DNA from: an uncultured bacterium
GTDB taxonomy: Bacteria > Sysuimicrobiota > Sysuimicrobiia > Sysuimicrobiales > Sysuimicrobiaceae
DNA: 64,000 nucleotides
NCBI GenBank assembly: GCA_938028835.1
Contig: CALIMJ010000013.1
Location: forward strand, 34,381-98,380
Reading direction: 5' to 3'
Every line of letters starts with the position of its first letter. Positions within the stretch are counted from its first letter, which is position 1. Under the pieces are notes generated by a model. That model was not told the origin of the DNA and did not search any database. It saw only the letters and a list, made by a program, of their open reading frames with translations. Shown here piece by piece: positions 9,717-20,569 of this stretch. A program made the translations under genes and the position numbers.

Positions 9717-10272
9717 AGTCTCGGTCCGCGTGGGCGGAGGAGTGCTGGAGCTGGTCCGAGGGGACATCACGCAGCAGGCCACCGAGGCCATCGTGAACGC
9801 GGCCAACCCCAGCCTGATGGGCGGAGGGGGAGTGGACGGCGCCATCCACAGAGCCGGGGGACCGGCCATCCTGGAGGAGTGCAAGCAGATCGCGAAGACC
9901 CTGCCGGGACGGCGGCTCCCGCCAGGCCAGGCGGTCCTCACCACGGGCGGGAACCTGCCGGCCCGCTACGTGATCCACACCGTGGGGCCCGTCTGGCGGG
10001 GAGGCCAGGAGGGCGAGGACGAGGTGCTGGCCAGCGCCTACCGGTCCAGCCTGTCCCTGGCCAAGGAGAAGGGGCTGCGGTCGGTGGCGTTCCCCTCCAT
10101 CAGTACCGGGGCGTACGGGTTCCCCGTGGAGCGCGCGGCCCGCATCGCCCTGCGCACCCTGCTGGAGTTCCTCCGGCAACACCCCGGGACCTTCGACGTG
10201 GTGCGCATGGTCCTGTGGAGCCCCCAGGACTTCGAGACGTACCGGCAGGCCCTGGAGGAGCTGACCGGCTAG
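9709..10272 (+). CDS. macro-domain protein (O-acetyl-ADP-ribose deacetylase, YmdB-like)
   Basis: GTG 9709 overlaps the ROK stop. Sequence reads [52 protein letters not shown]...[15 protein letters not shown]. Confidence 0.85.
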   Translation: [187 protein letters not shown]

Positions 10273-10306
10273 GGGCCCGTGGGCCGGATCGGCTGGCCCA
10301 GCGCGC

Positions 10307-11497
10307 TCACAGGAGCAGCCGTACGGGGTTCTCCAGCAGCCGCTTCACGTCCACCAGGAACTGAGCGGCACCCACCCCGTCCGTGACCCGGTGGTCCGCG
10401 GACACCGTCAGCTGCAGCACCGACCGCACCACCACCTGGCCGGATCGCACCACGGGGCGTTCCTGCGCTCGGCCCACGGCCAGGATCCCCGCCTGCGGCG
10501 GCTGGATGATGGCCACGAAGTTTAGCACGTCGTACCTGCCGAGGTTGCTGACCGAGAAGGTGGCACCCGCGTACTCTTCCTGGCGCAGCCGACGGGCGTG
10601 GGCGCCTTCCACCAGGCGCCGGGCCTCCTGGGCCAGCTGCACCAGGGGCAGCCGATCCGCGTCCCGCAGCACGGGGGCGATCAGGCCGTCCGGCGTGGCC
10701 ACCATGATCCCCAGGTGGACGCGGCGGAACCGCCGCAGGGTGCGGTCGTCCACCACCTGGCTGTTGAGGTCCGGATGCTGTCGCAGGGCCAGGGCGGTCG
10801 CCTTCAGGACCAGGTCGTTCACCGTCACCCGCCCTTCCTCGCCCAGGGCCTCCTGCAGCTGCTCCCGCAGCTCCAGGGCACGGGTGAGGTCGACTTCCGC
10901 GGTGACGTAGAAGTGGGGGATGTGCTGCTTGCTGTGGCTGACCACGCGGCTGATGGCCTGGCGCATGCGGCTCAGGGGTACGTCCTCATACTCGGCCTCC
11001 GCGGCAGCGGGGGCCTCCGCCGCGCGGCTCTCCAGGTAGGCCAGCACATCCCGCTCCACCACCCGTCCCCCGGGCCCGGTCCCGCGTACCCGGGCGAGGT
11101 CGATGCCGTGCTCGGCAGCGATGCGGCGCGCCAGGGGCGAGGCTTTCACCCGCGGCGGACCTAGCTCCGCGTGAGGAGGGGTGGGCGCCGGAGCGGGTTC
11201 CGCGGCCGGAGCCTGCTCGGGCTGCGCGGGCGGCGGGGGAGCCTCCCGCGTGGCAGCCTGGGCGGGCTGCCCGTCGATGTATGCGATCACCTGCCCGACG
11301 GGCACCGCCTGGCCCTCAGGCACCACGATCTGGAGGATCCCGGAGGCCTCGGCCTCGATCTCGACGTTCACCTTGTCCGTCTCGATCTCCGCTAAGACCT
11401 CGCCCTTCTCCACCCGGTCCCCGTGGCGCTTGCGCCACGAGAGGATCCTGCCCTCCGTCATGGCATCGCCCATCTTGGGCATGATCACCTCGGCCAT
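10307..11497 (-). CDS. 2-oxoacid dehydrogenase E2 (dihydrolipoamide acyltransferase)
   Basis: 396 aa. The lipoyl domain is ...EIETDKVNVEIEA..., followed by an Ala/Pro linker, the E3-binding motif ASPLARRIAAEHGIDL, and the catalytic motif DHRVTDG. Confidence 0.9.
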   Translation of the reverse strand: MAEVIMPKMGDAMTEGRILSWRKRHGDRVEKGEVLAEIETDKVNVEIEAEASGILQIVVPEGQAVPVGQVIAYIDGQPAQAATREAPPPPAQPEQAPAAEPAPAPTPPHAELGPPRVKASPLARRIAAEHGIDLARVRGTGPGGRVVERDVLAYLESRAAEAPAAAEAEYEDVPLSRMRQAISRVVSHSKQHIPHFYVTAEVDLTRALELREQLQEALGEEGRVTVNDLVLKATALALRQHPDLNSQVVDDRTLRRFRRVHLGIMVATPDGLIAPVLRDADRLPLVQLAQEARRLVEGAHARRLRQEEYAGATFSVSNLGRYDVLNFVAIIQPPQAGILAVGRAQERPVVRSGQVVVRSVLQLTVSADHRVTDGVGAAQFLVDVKRLLENPVRLLL

Positions 11498-11512
11498 GCC
11501 CTCCTCCGGTCG

Positions 11513-12487
11513 CTACTGCAGCACCCGTCGGACCGCGCGGGCGATCCGATCCTCGTCGGGGAACGCGAGCTTCTCTAGGTTGCGGGCGTAGGGGGCGGGC
11601 ACGTCCTCCCCGGTGACCCGCTCCACCGGTGCGTCCAGGTCGTCGAAGCACCGTTCGTAGATGCCCGCGGCGACCTCCGCGGCCGCGCCGAAAAGCGGCC
11701 ACTGCTCCTGGACCACCACCGCCCGGTGCGTGCGGCGCACCGACTCGGCCACGGTGTCCATGTCCAGGGGGCGCAGGCTGCGCAGGTCTAGCACCTCGCA
11801 CTCCACGCCTTCGCGGGCGAGCTCGTCCGCGGCCGCGAGGGCGAGGTGGAGCATACGGCTGTACGCCACCACGGTGACGTGCCGGCCCCGGCGGACGACC
11901 GTGGCTTGGCCGAAGGGGACGGTATCGTCCCCCTCCGGCACGGGCCCCTTGATCCCGTACAGGGCCGCGTGCTCGAGGAAGATCACGGGGTCCTCCGAGC
12001 GAAGGGCGGTGCGCAGCAAGCCCCTGGCGTCCGCAGGGGTGGCGGGAGCCACCACCCGCAGGCCGGGGAAGTGGCCGTAGAACGACTCGAGGGACTGGGA
12101 GTGCTGGGCGGACAGCTGCACCCCCGCTCCGTTGGGGCCGCGGATGACCAGCGGCACGGACACCTGCCCGCCGGAGAAGTAGCGGACCTTGGCGGCGTTC
12201 TGCAGGATCTGGTCCGCGGCCGGGAGGGAGAAGTTCCAGGTCATGACCTCCACCACCGGCCGCAGGCCCAGCATGGCCATGCCGATGGCGGCGCCGATGA
12301 ACCCCAGCTCCGAGATGGGGGTATCGATGACCCGCTTGGGTCCGTAACGCTCCAACAGCCCCTCGGTGATCCGGAAGGTCCCCTGGTAGACGCCGATGTC
12401 CTCGCCCAGGAGCAGCACGCGCGGGTCGCGATCCATCTCCTCCACCAGGGTGGACCGCAGGGCTTCCCGGTAGGTCATCTCCGTCAT
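11513..12487 (-). CDS. 2-oxoacid dehydrogenase E1 beta subunit
   Basis: Start at MTEMTYREALRSTLVEEMDRDPRVLLLGEDIG (residue 191 of track ORF 11513..13057). This is a transketolase-like beta subunit. Confidence 0.9.
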   Translation of the reverse strand: MTEMTYREALRSTLVEEMDRDPRVLLLGEDIGVYQGTFRITEGLLERYGPKRVIDTPISELGFIGAAIGMAMLGLRPVVEVMTWNFSLPAADQILQNAAKVRYFSGGQVSVPLVIRGPNGAGVQLSAQHSQSLESFYGHFPGLRVVAPATPADARGLLRTALRSEDPVIFLEHAALYGIKGPVPEGDDTVPFGQATVVRRGRHVTVVAYSRMLHLALAAADELAREGVECEVLDLRSLRPLDMDTVAESVRRTHRAVVVQEQWPLFGAAAEVAAGIYERCFDDLDAPVERVTGEDVPAPYARNLEKLAFPDEDRIARAVRRVLQ

Positions 12488-12492
12488 GTCCC

Positions 12493-13488
12493 TCACGCTC
12501 CGTACACGTCCCGGTACAGCTCCTCCGGCGGCGGTTCGGGGCTGGATTCCGCGAAGCTCACCGCCTCCTGCACCCGCTTTTCCGCCCAGGCCTCCACCTC
12601 CCGGACCGCGTGGTCGTCCAGGGCGCCCGCTTCCCGGAGCCGCCGCTCCAGCAGGAGGATGGGGTCGCGCTGGCGCCAGCGTTCCACCTCCTGCTTGGAG
12701 CGGTACGGCTGGAACAGGTCCGCGGCGCCGTGGCCGGAGAACCGGTAGGTGAGGGCCTCCACCGCGTAGGGCCGGCCCGTGCGGCGCACCTCCTCCACCA
12801 CCCGCCGGGCCACCTCGTAGACCCCCACCACGTCCATCCCGTCGCACCGCTCGTTCGGGATGTCGTACGCGTCGAACCGCCGTGCCAGCTCCACCACCGC
12901 GGAGGCGCGCTCCACGGAGGTGCCCATCCCGTACTGGTTGTTCTCCACCACGAAGACCACGGGGCACAGCCCCTCGCGGCCCCACAGTCCCGCCAGGTTG
13001 GCGGCCTCGTGCAGGGCCCCGCTGTTCATCGCGCCGTCCCCGAAGAAGCACAGGCACACCCGGTCGGTCCCCTGGTAGCGGAGCGCGTACGCGGCCCCCA
13101 CCGCTAGCGGGATGTGTCCCCCCACGATCCCGTAGCCGCCGTAGTTTCCCCGGGCGACGTCGAACAGGTGCATGGACCCGCCCTTGCCCTTACACGTGCC
13201 CCCGAGCTTCCCGTACAGCTCCGCCATCACCGCGCGCGGGTCGGTGCCCCGGACCAGGGTGTGCACGTGGTCCCGGTAGGAGACGAAGAACACGTCGTCC
13301 GCGCGGAGGGCGGACAGAAAGCCCAGGGGGACCGCCTCCTGGCCGATGGCCACGTGCAGGTAGCCTCCGATCTTCCCGCGCCGGAAGCTCCGCTCCGTCT
13401 GCTCCTCGAAGCGACGGCAGAAGACCAGGGTCCGGTACCACTCCAGGAGGGTGTCCACCGGCACGGTCACCGGCTCCGCGTGCTGCAT
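12493..13488 (-). CDS. 2-oxoacid dehydrogenase E1 alpha subunit (ThDP-dependent)
   Basis: Start at MQHAEPVTVPV (residue 146 of track ORF 12493..13923). Contains the ThDP motif GDGAMNSGALHEAANLA...VVENNQYGMGT. Confidence 0.9.
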   Translation of the reverse strand: MQHAEPVTVPVDTLLEWYRTLVFCRRFEEQTERSFRRGKIGGYLHVAIGQEAVPLGFLSALRADDVFFVSYRDHVHTLVRGTDPRAVMAELYGKLGGTCKGKGGSMHLFDVARGNYGGYGIVGGHIPLAVGAAYALRYQGTDRVCLCFFGDGAMNSGALHEAANLAGLWGREGLCPVVFVVENNQYGMGTSVERASAVVELARRFDAYDIPNERCDGMDVVGVYEVARRVVEEVRRTGRPYAVEALTYRFSGHGAADLFQPYRSKQEVERWRQRDPILLLERRLREAGALDDHAVREVEAWAEKRVQEAVSFAESSPEPPPEELYRDVYGA

Positions 13489-13507
13489 GGGTCCTCCCCC
13501 TCCGTGC

Positions 13508-14875
13508 TCACGAGGACCACCGGCTGAGCTGGCCGAGGTCCACCCGGCGCTGGACGAAGTTCGTGTACACCTCGCCGCGCCGGAAGAAGGCGTTGTCCAG
13601 GATGGCCCGGTGGAGCGGGAGGGTGGTACGGATCCCGGTGACCTCGAACTCTCGCAGCGCCCGCTCCATGCGGGCGATGGCCTCCGCCCGGTCCCGCCCC
13701 CAGGCCACCACCTTTGCCACCAGTGAATCATAGTACGGGGGGATCGTGTAGCCCGCGTACACGTGGGTGTCCACCCGCACCCCGGGGCCGCCGGGTGGCA
13801 CGAAGGACACCACCCGACCCGGGGACGGACGGAAGTCGCGGGCGGGGTCCTCCGCGTTGATCCGGCACTCCAGGGCGTGGCCGCGGAACTCCACGTCCCG
13901 CTGGCTGAACCGGAGGCGCTCACCCGCGGCGATGCGGATCTGCTCGGCCACTAGGTCCAGCCCCGTGATGGCCTCCGTGACGGGGTGCTCCACCTGGATG
14001 CGGGTGTTCATCTCCAGGAAGTAGAAGTTGTCCTGCCGGTCCACCAAAAACTCCACGGTGCCCGCGTTCACGTAGCCGATGGTGCGGGCCAGGCGCAGGG
14101 CGGCGCGGTACAGCTGCCCTCGCAGGCGGGGAGACAGCCCCGGGGCCGGCGCTTCCTCCAACAGCTTCTGGTGCCGGCGCTGGATCGAACACTCCCGGTC
14201 GCCGAGGTGGATCACGTCGCCCCGGCTGTCCGCGAGGACCTGTACCTCCACGTGCCGGGGCTCCTCCAGGTACTTCTCCAGGTACAGCTCGCCGCTGCCG
14301 AAGGCGGCCTCCGCCTCGCGCTGCGCGGCCTGCAGGGCGCGGGCGAGGTCCTCGCGGTTGTGGACCACCCGCATGCCACGCCCCCCTCCGCCCGCGGAGG
14401 CCTTCACCAGCAACGGGTAGCCGATGCGGTCGGCGATCTGGTAGGCTTCGCGCTCGTTCCGCACGGGCCCGGGGCTGCCGGGCACCACGGGGACGCCCGC
14501 GCGCTGGGCGACCTCCCGGGCCCGGGCCTTGTTGCCCATGGCCTCGATGGCCTCGGGGGGCGGGCCGATGAAGGCGATCCGGGCGTCCCGGCAGATCTCC
14601 GCGAACCGTGGGTCCTCCGACAGGAACCCGTAGCCCGGGTGGATGGCGTCCACCCCGAGCAGCTCGGCGGTGCTAAGGATGTTGGGTACGTTCAGGTAGC
14701 TCTCGGAAGCTGGAGGCGGGCCGATGCAGAACGCCTCATCCGCCAGGCGTACGTGCAGGCTGTCCCGGTCCGCCTCGGAGTACACGGCCACGGTGCGGAT
14801 CCCGAGCTCCCGGCACGCCCGGATCACCCGCACCGCGATCTCGCCCCGGTTCGCTACGAGGACTTTCCTGAACAT
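13508..14875 (-). CDS. accC: acetyl-CoA carboxylase biotin carboxylase subunit
   Basis: 455 aa. [26 protein letters not shown]...ATP-grasp...[14 protein letters not shown]. Confidence 0.95.
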   Translation of the reverse strand: MFRKVLVANRGEIAVRVIRACRELGIRTVAVYSEADRDSLHVRLADEAFCIGPPPASESYLNVPNILSTAELLGVDAIHPGYGFLSEDPRFAEICRDARIAFIGPPPEAIEAMGNKARAREVAQRAGVPVVPGSPGPVRNEREAYQIADRIGYPLLVKASAGGGGRGMRVVHNREDLARALQAAQREAEAAFGSGELYLEKYLEEPRHVEVQVLADSRGDVIHLGDRECSIQRRHQKLLEEAPAPGLSPRLRGQLYRAALRLARTIGYVNAGTVEFLVDRQDNFYFLEMNTRIQVEHPVTEAITGLDLVAEQIRIAAGERLRFSQRDVEFRGHALECRINAEDPARDFRPSPGRVVSFVPPGGPGVRVDTHVYAGYTIPPYYDSLVAKVVAWGRDRAEAIARMERALREFEVTGIRTTLPLHRAILDNAFFRRGEVYTNFVQRRVDLGQLSRWSS

Positions 14876-14884
14876 GCAGGGAGG

Positions 14885-15343
14885 CTACCCCTGCGGGTCG
14901 ATGAGGAACAGGGGCTGCCCGTACTCCACGGGAGCCCCGTTCTCCGCCAGCACCCGCACCACCCGCCCGGACACCTCCGCGGGGATCTCGTTGAACATCT
15001 TCATCGCCTCGATGATGCACAGGGTCTGGCCTGCCTCCACTCGGTCGCCCTCCTGCACGAAGGGCGGCTGGTCCGGTCCCGGCGCCCGGTAGAAGGTCCC
15101 CACCATGGGCGCGGTGACGGGGACCCAGTGGGGACTGTGGGCCTCCGGGGGAGGTGCCGTAGGGGCCGCGGCCGGAGGGTTGAAGGGCGCGGGCTGCGGC
15201 GGACTCCCGCGAGGGGCCTTCCGGATGGCCACCCGCAGGTGCCCGGCCTCCACCTCCAGCTCCGTGATGTCCGCTTCGCTGGCGATCCGCACCAGCTCGC
15301 GGATCTCGTCAAAGTTCAGCGAGGGCCGCTGCTCGTCCGACAT
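14885..15343 (-). CDS. accB: biotin carboxyl carrier protein
   Basis: Start at [18 protein letters not shown] (residue 108 of the track ORF). The biotinylation motif is [12 protein letters not shown]. Confidence 0.9.
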   Translation of the reverse strand: MSDEQRPSLNFDEIRELVRIASEADITELEVEAGHLRVAIRKAPRGSPPQPAPFNPPAAAPTAPPPEAHSPHWVPVTAPMVGTFYRAPGPDQPPFVQEGDRVEAGQTLCIIEAMKMFNEIPAEVSGRVVRVLAENGAPVEYGQPLFLIDPQG

Positions 15344-15365
15344 GGGCGCTCCTCTTTCGGGGCCT

Positions 15366-16355
15366 TCACCGCCCGCCCGCCAGTAGGTCCTCCGGGTGAG
15401 CGGTGAACCGGCCCATCCGCCGGTACTTATCGTAGCGGCGCTGTAGCCGCTCCTCCGGGGGGAGGGCCTGGACCTCCCGCAGGTGCCGTACCAGCGCCTC
15501 GCGCAGGAACTGGGCGGCGCGTTCCGGGTCGAGGTGGGCACCCCCCAGGGGCTCAGGGACCACCTCGTCCACCACGCCGAGCTCCAGCAGGTCCTGCGCG
15601 GTGAGCTTGAGGGCTGACGCGGCCTCCTCCTTCCGAGCGGCGTCCCGCCACAGGATGGCGGCACAGCCCTCGGGCGGGATCACGGAGTAGATGGCGTACT
15701 GCATCATGAGCACCCGGTCGCCGACCCCGATGGCCAGCGCCCCGCCGCTACCGCCCTCGCCGGTGATGGCCACCACCACGGGGGACCGCAGCTGCGCCAG
15801 GGTGAGGATGCTGCGGGCGATGGCTTCCGCCTGGCCGCGCTCCTCCGCCTCCACGCCCGGGTACGCTGCGGGAGTGTCCACCAGCGTCACCGCCGGCAGC
15901 CCCAGCTTGTCCGCCAGCCGCAGGACCCGCGCCGCCTTCCGGTAGCCCTCCGGGTTCGGCATGCCCCACCGCCGGTGGACGTTCTCCCGCGTGTCCTTGC
16001 CCTTGTGGTGACCCACCACCACCACGGCCTGGCCGTCCAGGCGGGCGAGCCCGCAGAACATAGCGGGGTCGTCGCCGAACAGGCGGTCCCCGTGCAGCTC
16101 CACCACGTCCGTGAACAGCCTCTGCAGGTAGTCCCCGAGCTTGGGGCGCTGCGGGTGACGGGCGGCCTGCACCACCTGCCAGGGCGTGGGCTGGCGCCAC
16201 AGGGCCTCCCGCAGGGCCTGCACCCGCTCCCTTAGGGCCTGCAGCCGGGTCTCCAGGTCGGGGACGTCCGATCCCGCCGCCTGCAGCTGCGCCAGCTGCT
16301 CCTCCAGCTGTTGCAGCTCCCGCTCCTGCTCTCCGCGATCAGGCGCGGTGGTCAA
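15366..16355 (-). CDS. accA: acetyl-CoA carboxylase carboxyltransferase alpha
   Basis: 329 aa. [12 protein letters not shown]...[27 protein letters not shown]...[12 protein letters not shown]. Confidence 0.9.
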   Translation of the reverse strand: MTTAPDRGEQERELQQLEEQLAQLQAAGSDVPDLETRLQALRERVQALREALWRQPTPWQVVQAARHPQRPKLGDYLQRLFTDVVELHGDRLFGDDPAMFCGLARLDGQAVVVVGHHKGKDTRENVHRRWGMPNPEGYRKAARVLRLADKLGLPAVTLVDTPAAYPGVEAEERGQAEAIARSILTLAQLRSPVVVAITGEGGSGGALAIGVGDRVLMMQYAIYSVIPPEGCAAILWRDAARKEEAASALKLTAQDLLELGVVDEVVPEPLGGAHLDPERAAQFLREALVRHLREVQALPPEERLQRRYDKYRRMGRFTAHPEDLLAGGR

Positions 16356-17196
16356 CGGCCACCTCCCCGCCCGCCCCCATCAGCCGCAACAGGCGCGCCA
16401 GGGTGCTCTTCAGCTCTGACCGGGGCACGATGAGGTCCACCAGCCCGCGGCGCAGGAGGAACTCCGCGGTCTGGAAGCCCTCGGGGAGCTTCTGCCGGAT
16501 GGTCTGCTCGATGACGCGGGCGCCCGCGAAGCCGATGAGGGCTCCCGGTTCGGCCACGTGCACGTCGCCCAGCATGGCAAAGGACGCGGTGACCCCGCCC
16601 GTGGTGGGGTCGCACAGAACCGATACGAAGGGCAACCCCGCGGTGTGCAACCGGCCCACCGCGGCCACCGTCTTGGCCAGCTGCATGAGGGACAGCACGC
16701 CTTCCTGCATGCGGGCTCCGCCGCTGGCGCTGCAGGTGACCACGGGAAGCCGCAGCTCCACAGCGCGCTCGAACGTCCGGGCGACCTTCTCGCCTACCAC
16801 GGAGCCCATGCTGCCGCCCAGGAACGCGAAGTCCAGCACCGCCACCGCCGCTTCCACACCCTCGATGCGGCCACGGCCCGTGAGGACGGCCTCCCGCCGG
16901 CCCGTGCGCTGCACTGCGTGGCGGTAGCGGTCCGCATACTCCGGGAAGCCCAAGGGGTCGACCGAGGCGAGCTCCGCGTCCCACTCCTCGAAGGTCCCCT
17001 CGTCCACCAGCAGCCGGAGCCGCTCCGGCCCGCTCAGACGGTGGTGGTAGCCGCACTTGGGACACACCTTCAGGTTGCGTTCCAGTTCCTTGCGGTACAC
17101 CAGCTGCCCGCACCGGGGGCACTTGGCCCACAGTCCCGCGGGGATGTCCCGTCGCTCCACCGACTCGTACTTGGGACGGCGCAACCAGTTCAACAC
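16339..17196 (-). CDS. accD: acetyl-CoA carboxylase carboxyltransferase beta (Zn-ribbon N-terminus)
   Basis: 285 aa. Zinc ribbon CPRCGQLVYRKELERNLKVCPKCGYH, then FLGGSMGSVVGEKV. It overlaps accA by 17 nt. Confidence 0.9.
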   Translation of the reverse strand: MLNWLRRPKYESVERRDIPAGLWAKCPRCGQLVYRKELERNLKVCPKCGYHHRLSGPERLRLLVDEGTFEEWDAELASVDPLGFPEYADRYRHAVQRTGRREAVLTGRGRIEGVEAAVAVLDFAFLGGSMGSVVGEKVARTFERAVELRLPVVTCSASGGARMQEGVLSLMQLAKTVAAVGRLHTAGLPFVSVLCDPTTGGVTASFAMLGDVHVAEPGALIGFAGARVIEQTIRQKLPEGFQTAEFLLRRGLVDLIVPRSELKSTLARLLRLMGAGGEVAVDHRA

Positions 17197-17264
17197 GGTT
17201 TCGGCTTTTCGGGTCCCCGGGTGCGGAATCCTGCCCGCACAATGGGTCGGGAGGAGGTGACGGG

Positions 17265-18332
17265 ATGCTCCGGAAGGTGGGTCTGGTGGTGGTGCTGGCC
17301 ACGGTGTGGTGGAGCGTTTCGGGCGCGCGCCACGCGGGCGCGGTGGACGGAGTGGAGGTCTACCGCTGGCGGCTGGAGAACGCGTCCGGGGGGACGGTGG
17401 AGGCCAGCGAGGACGGCGGCCGCACGTGGAGGGTGATCGGGCGCGTGGTCCGTCCCGCGGTGGCCACCGCGGTGGGGTTCACCGCGAGCCGCTGGGGTCG
17501 CGCGGGCACGGTGGTGGCCAGCGGCGCCAACGCGGTCCACGTGAAGGTGGGCGAGGCCGCAGACGGCCGCGGGCTCATTTTCAGCGTGTGGCCCCGGGGC
17601 GCGCCGTGGGCGCCCCACGGGATCCTCACGGACATCCCGGGCGGCCGCGGGATCTTCGGTGGGCGCTACAGCGCCTTCGTGGGCAACGAGGTCCTGGCGG
17701 AGGGCCCGGACGGGCTGCGGCCCGTGGCCGGCTGGGTCCCCACGGTGGGCGCGCGGCTGTGGGTGGTGGTCCGGCGGCCGGCCCGCTACCCCACGGAGGT
17801 GGAGTTCGAGAACCGGTTCGGCGGCTTGATTCGCGCCCGCTACCCCGACGGCGCGGAGGAACTCCTGGGGGTCGTGCTGCGGCCGGTGGCCGGCGTGGGC
17901 CGGTTCGAGGGCACGCAGTACGTGGGGATCGGTCGGGTGCGGGCCAACCACCCGGGCGTCATCGATATCTCCACGTCTCCCGTGGGGCAGGTGGGTGGGT
18001 TCCAGATCATCCCTCGAGACCACGCTCACAGCCCGGAGCTGGTGGGCGCGGTGCTGGGCACGCAGTGGATGGTGGTGGGGCCCCTCAACCCGCTCGACCC
18101 TTCGCCCCAGGGGACCGCGCCGCTGTTCTCCGCCTTCATCGCGCCCCGCTACGATCCGGACGACCTGCTGGACGAGGAGGAGTGGCAGCGGCGGGTGGCC
18201 GAGCGGTTCCTGGTGTTGTGCCGGGTGGACGCCGGTCCGTGGACCCTGTTCCCGCCCCTGGTCGGCCGTCGGGACGACGCCCTCCTGCGGGTGACCCACA
18301 TCAAGATCCTCATGCCCGTTTGGTCCCGCTAG
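17265..18332 (+). CDS. secreted hypothetical protein with one Asp-box (SxDxGxTW-like) motif
   Basis: 355 aa. Signal-peptide-like MLRKVGLVVVLATVWWSVSGARHAGA, then ASEDGGRTW. I recognise no family. Divergent from accD. Confidence 0.55.
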   Translation: MLRKVGLVVVLATVWWSVSGARHAGAVDGVEVYRWRLENASGGTVEASEDGGRTWRVIGRVVRPAVATAVGFTASRWGRAGTVVASGANAVHVKVGEAADGRGLIFSVWPRGAPWAPHGILTDIPGGRGIFGGRYSAFVGNEVLAEGPDGLRPVAGWVPTVGARLWVVVRRPARYPTEVEFENRFGGLIRARYPDGAEELLGVVLRPVAGVGRFEGTQYVGIGRVRANHPGVIDISTSPVGQVGGFQIIPRDHAHSPELVGAVLGTQWMVVGPLNPLDPSPQGTAPLFSAFIAPRYDPDDLLDEEEWQRRVAERFLVLCRVDAGPWTLFPPLVGRRDDALLRVTHIKILMPVWSR

Positions 18333-18384
18333 ACCGCCCCGAACCCTGACGGCCCGCGAAAGGCGGCCCGCGGGTTGTGAGATT

Positions 18385-19584
18385 ATGGGAGAAGGGTTGA
18401 GGGAGGACCGTCTAGGCGAGGGCAGAGCCATGTCGACACCCTACCACGTGTACGGAACGGCTCAGGACACCCCTCCGCCTGCTAAGCCCCGCGGCCCTGG
18501 GCCGGGGGTGTGGGTGGCGGTGGTGGTGCTGGCGGTGGCGAGCGGGGCCGTGGGCGGCTACCTGTCCGCGCGACGGCTGCCCGGGGCGGTCCCCGGGGCA
18601 GTCCCCTCCCCGCAGGCGCCGTTGGCCCCGGGTGGGGTGGTCCGGGTGCAGACGGAGGAGTCCGTGGTCATCCAGGTGGTGGAGAAGGTGCGGCCTGCGG
18701 TGGTGAACATCCAGACCCGCGGCTTCGCGCCGGACTTCTTCGGCCAGCTGTTCCCGCAGGAGGGAGCGGGCTCGGGCGTGATCGTCAGCCAGGACGGGTA
18801 CGTCCTCACCAACAACCACGTGATCCGGAACGCTGCCCAGATCCGGGTGCGGCTGCTGGACGGCACCGAGCTGGAAGGCCGGGTGGTGGGTACCGACCCG
18901 CCCTCCGACCTGGCCGTGATCAAGGTGGATCCCAAGGGCCGGAAGCTGCCGGCGGCAGAGCTGGGGGACTCCCACGCCCTGCGCGTGGGCCAGCTGGCCA
19001 TCGCCATCGGGAACCCCTTCGGGCTGGGCAGCACGGTGACGGTAGGGGTGGTGAGTGCCCTCAACCGCTCCATCCAGGTGCCCGGGTTCGTCATCGACAA
19101 CCTGATCCAGACCGACGCTGCCATCAACCCTGGCAACAGCGGGGGCGCCCTGGTGAACAGCGCGGGCCAGGTGATCGGGATCAACACCGCCATCATCCCG
19201 CAGGCCCAGGGCATCGGCTTCGCCATCCCCTCCTCGGTGGCGCGGTCCGTGATGGAACAGCTCATCCGCACGGGCAGCGTGCAGCGGCCCTTCTTCGGGG
19301 TGGCGTACGTGGAGGTGACCCAGGAGCTGGCGCAGGCGTACGGGCTGGCGGCAGACCACGGGGTGCTGGTGCAGCAGGTGGTGCCGGGCAGCGGGGCGGA
19401 GGCGGCGGGCGTCAGGCCCCTGGACATCATCGTGGAGATGCAGGGCAAGCGGATCGAGGGTGCCGCGGACTTCCAGCGGGAGATCCTGCAGCGCCGGGTG
19501 GGCGACGTGGTGACGGTGACGGTGGTCCGGGGCGGGCAGCGGCTGCAACTCCAGGTGCGGCTGGGACCGCGGCCGCCGCAGTGA
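18385..19584 (+). CDS. htrA: HtrA/DegP-family serine protease with one PDZ domain
   Basis: TM anchor, then TNNHV (His), D..LAVIKV (Asp), GNSGGALVN (Ser), and a C-terminal PDZ. The start is uncertain (ATG 18385 or ATG 18430). Confidence 0.85.
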   Translation: MGEGLREDRLGEGRAMSTPYHVYGTAQDTPPPAKPRGPGPGVWVAVVVLAVASGAVGGYLSARRLPGAVPGAVPSPQAPLAPGGVVRVQTEESVVIQVVEKVRPAVVNIQTRGFAPDFFGQLFPQEGAGSGVIVSQDGYVLTNNHVIRNAAQIRVRLLDGTELEGRVVGTDPPSDLAVIKVDPKGRKLPAAELGDSHALRVGQLAIAIGNPFGLGSTVTVGVVSALNRSIQVPGFVIDNLIQTDAAINPGNSGGALVNSAGQVIGINTAIIPQAQGIGFAIPSSVARSVMEQLIRTGSVQRPFFGVAYVEVTQELAQAYGLAADHGVLVQQVVPGSGAEAAGVRPLDIIVEMQGKRIEGAADFQREILQRRVGDVVTVTVVRGGQRLQLQVRLGPRPPQ

Positions 19585-19591
19585 GGGCGCC

Positions 19592-20563
19592 GTGGAACGC
19601 GCCCTGATGTTGGAGTTCGTGCAGGTGACGGAGGCGGCGGCCCTGGCCGCGGCCCGCCTCATGGGCCGGGGCGACGGCGAGGCGGTGGACCGGGCCGCGG
19701 TGGAGGCCATGCGGGGCGCGTTGGCCCAGCTGTCCATCCGCGGCCGGGTGGTGATCGGGGAGGGCGAGCGGGACGAGGCGCCCATGCTGTACATCGGCGA
19801 GGAGGTGGGCGCGGGGACCGGCTACCCGGTGGACATCGCGGTGGATCCCGTGGAGGGGACCAACCTGGTGGCCCGGGGCCAGCCCAACGCCATCTCCGTC
19901 ATCGCCGCCAGCGAGCGGGGCGGGATCCTGCACGCCCCCGACGTGTACATGGAAAAGCTGATCGTGGGACCGTCCGCGGCGGGTCGGGTGGACCTGCGGT
20001 GGCCGGTGGCGCGCAACCTGAACACCATCGCCAGCTCCCTGCGCCGCAGCGTGCAGGACATCACCGTGGTGATCCTGGATCGGCCCCGCCACACGGGACT
20101 GATCGAGCAGGTGCGCGAGGCCGGCGCCCGGATCCGGCTGATCCCCGACGGGGACGTCAGCGCCGCCATCGCGGCTGCCCTCTCGGGCACCGGGGTGCAC
20201 GCGGTGATGGGGATCGGGGGCGCCCCGGAGGGAGTGCTGGCGGCCGCGGCCCTGCGCTGTCTGGGAGGGGAGATCCAGGGCCGGTTCTGGTTCCGCAACG
20301 ACGAGGAACGGGAGCGGGTCCGGGGGATGGGGGTGGACGATCCCGACCGGATCTTCCTCACCGAGGACCTGGTCCCGGGGCGCGAGGTGGTGTTCTCCTG
20401 CACCGGGATCACCGACGGCGACCTGTTCAAGGGGGTTTTGTTCTTCGCGGGGGGTCAGCGCACCCACACCCTGGTGATGGGCGCGCGCTGCGGAGAGATC
20501 CGGTTCGTGGATTCCGTGTACGTGGCCGACCGTGAACGGGTGGGGCCGATCCGACTCTTCTGA
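19592..20563 (+). CDS. glpX: class II fructose-1,6-bisphosphatase
   Basis: [22 protein letters not shown]...[14 protein letters not shown]...[11 protein letters not shown]...[21 protein letters not shown]. The start may be ATG 19607. Confidence 0.9.
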   Translation: MERALMLEFVQVTEAAALAAARLMGRGDGEAVDRAAVEAMRGALAQLSIRGRVVIGEGERDEAPMLYIGEEVGAGTGYPVDIAVDPVEGTNLVARGQPNAISVIAASERGGILHAPDVYMEKLIVGPSAAGRVDLRWPVARNLNTIASSLRRSVQDITVVILDRPRHTGLIEQVREAGARIRLIPDGDVSAAIAAALSGTGVHAVMGIGGAPEGVLAAAALRCLGGEIQGRFWFRNDEERERVRGMGVDDPDRIFLTEDLVPGREVVFSCTGITDGDLFKGVLFFAGGQRTHTLVMGARCGEIRFVDSVYVADRERVGPIRLF

Positions 20564-20569
20564 ACAGCT

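Noticed and set aside
10307-13488. Naming the E1a/E1b/E2 set specifically as pyruvate dehydrogenase (pdhABC)
   Set aside because: The motifs are shared by PDH, branched-chain 2-oxoacid and acetoin dehydrogenase complexes. Substrate specificity cannot be read from these sequences without phylogeny.
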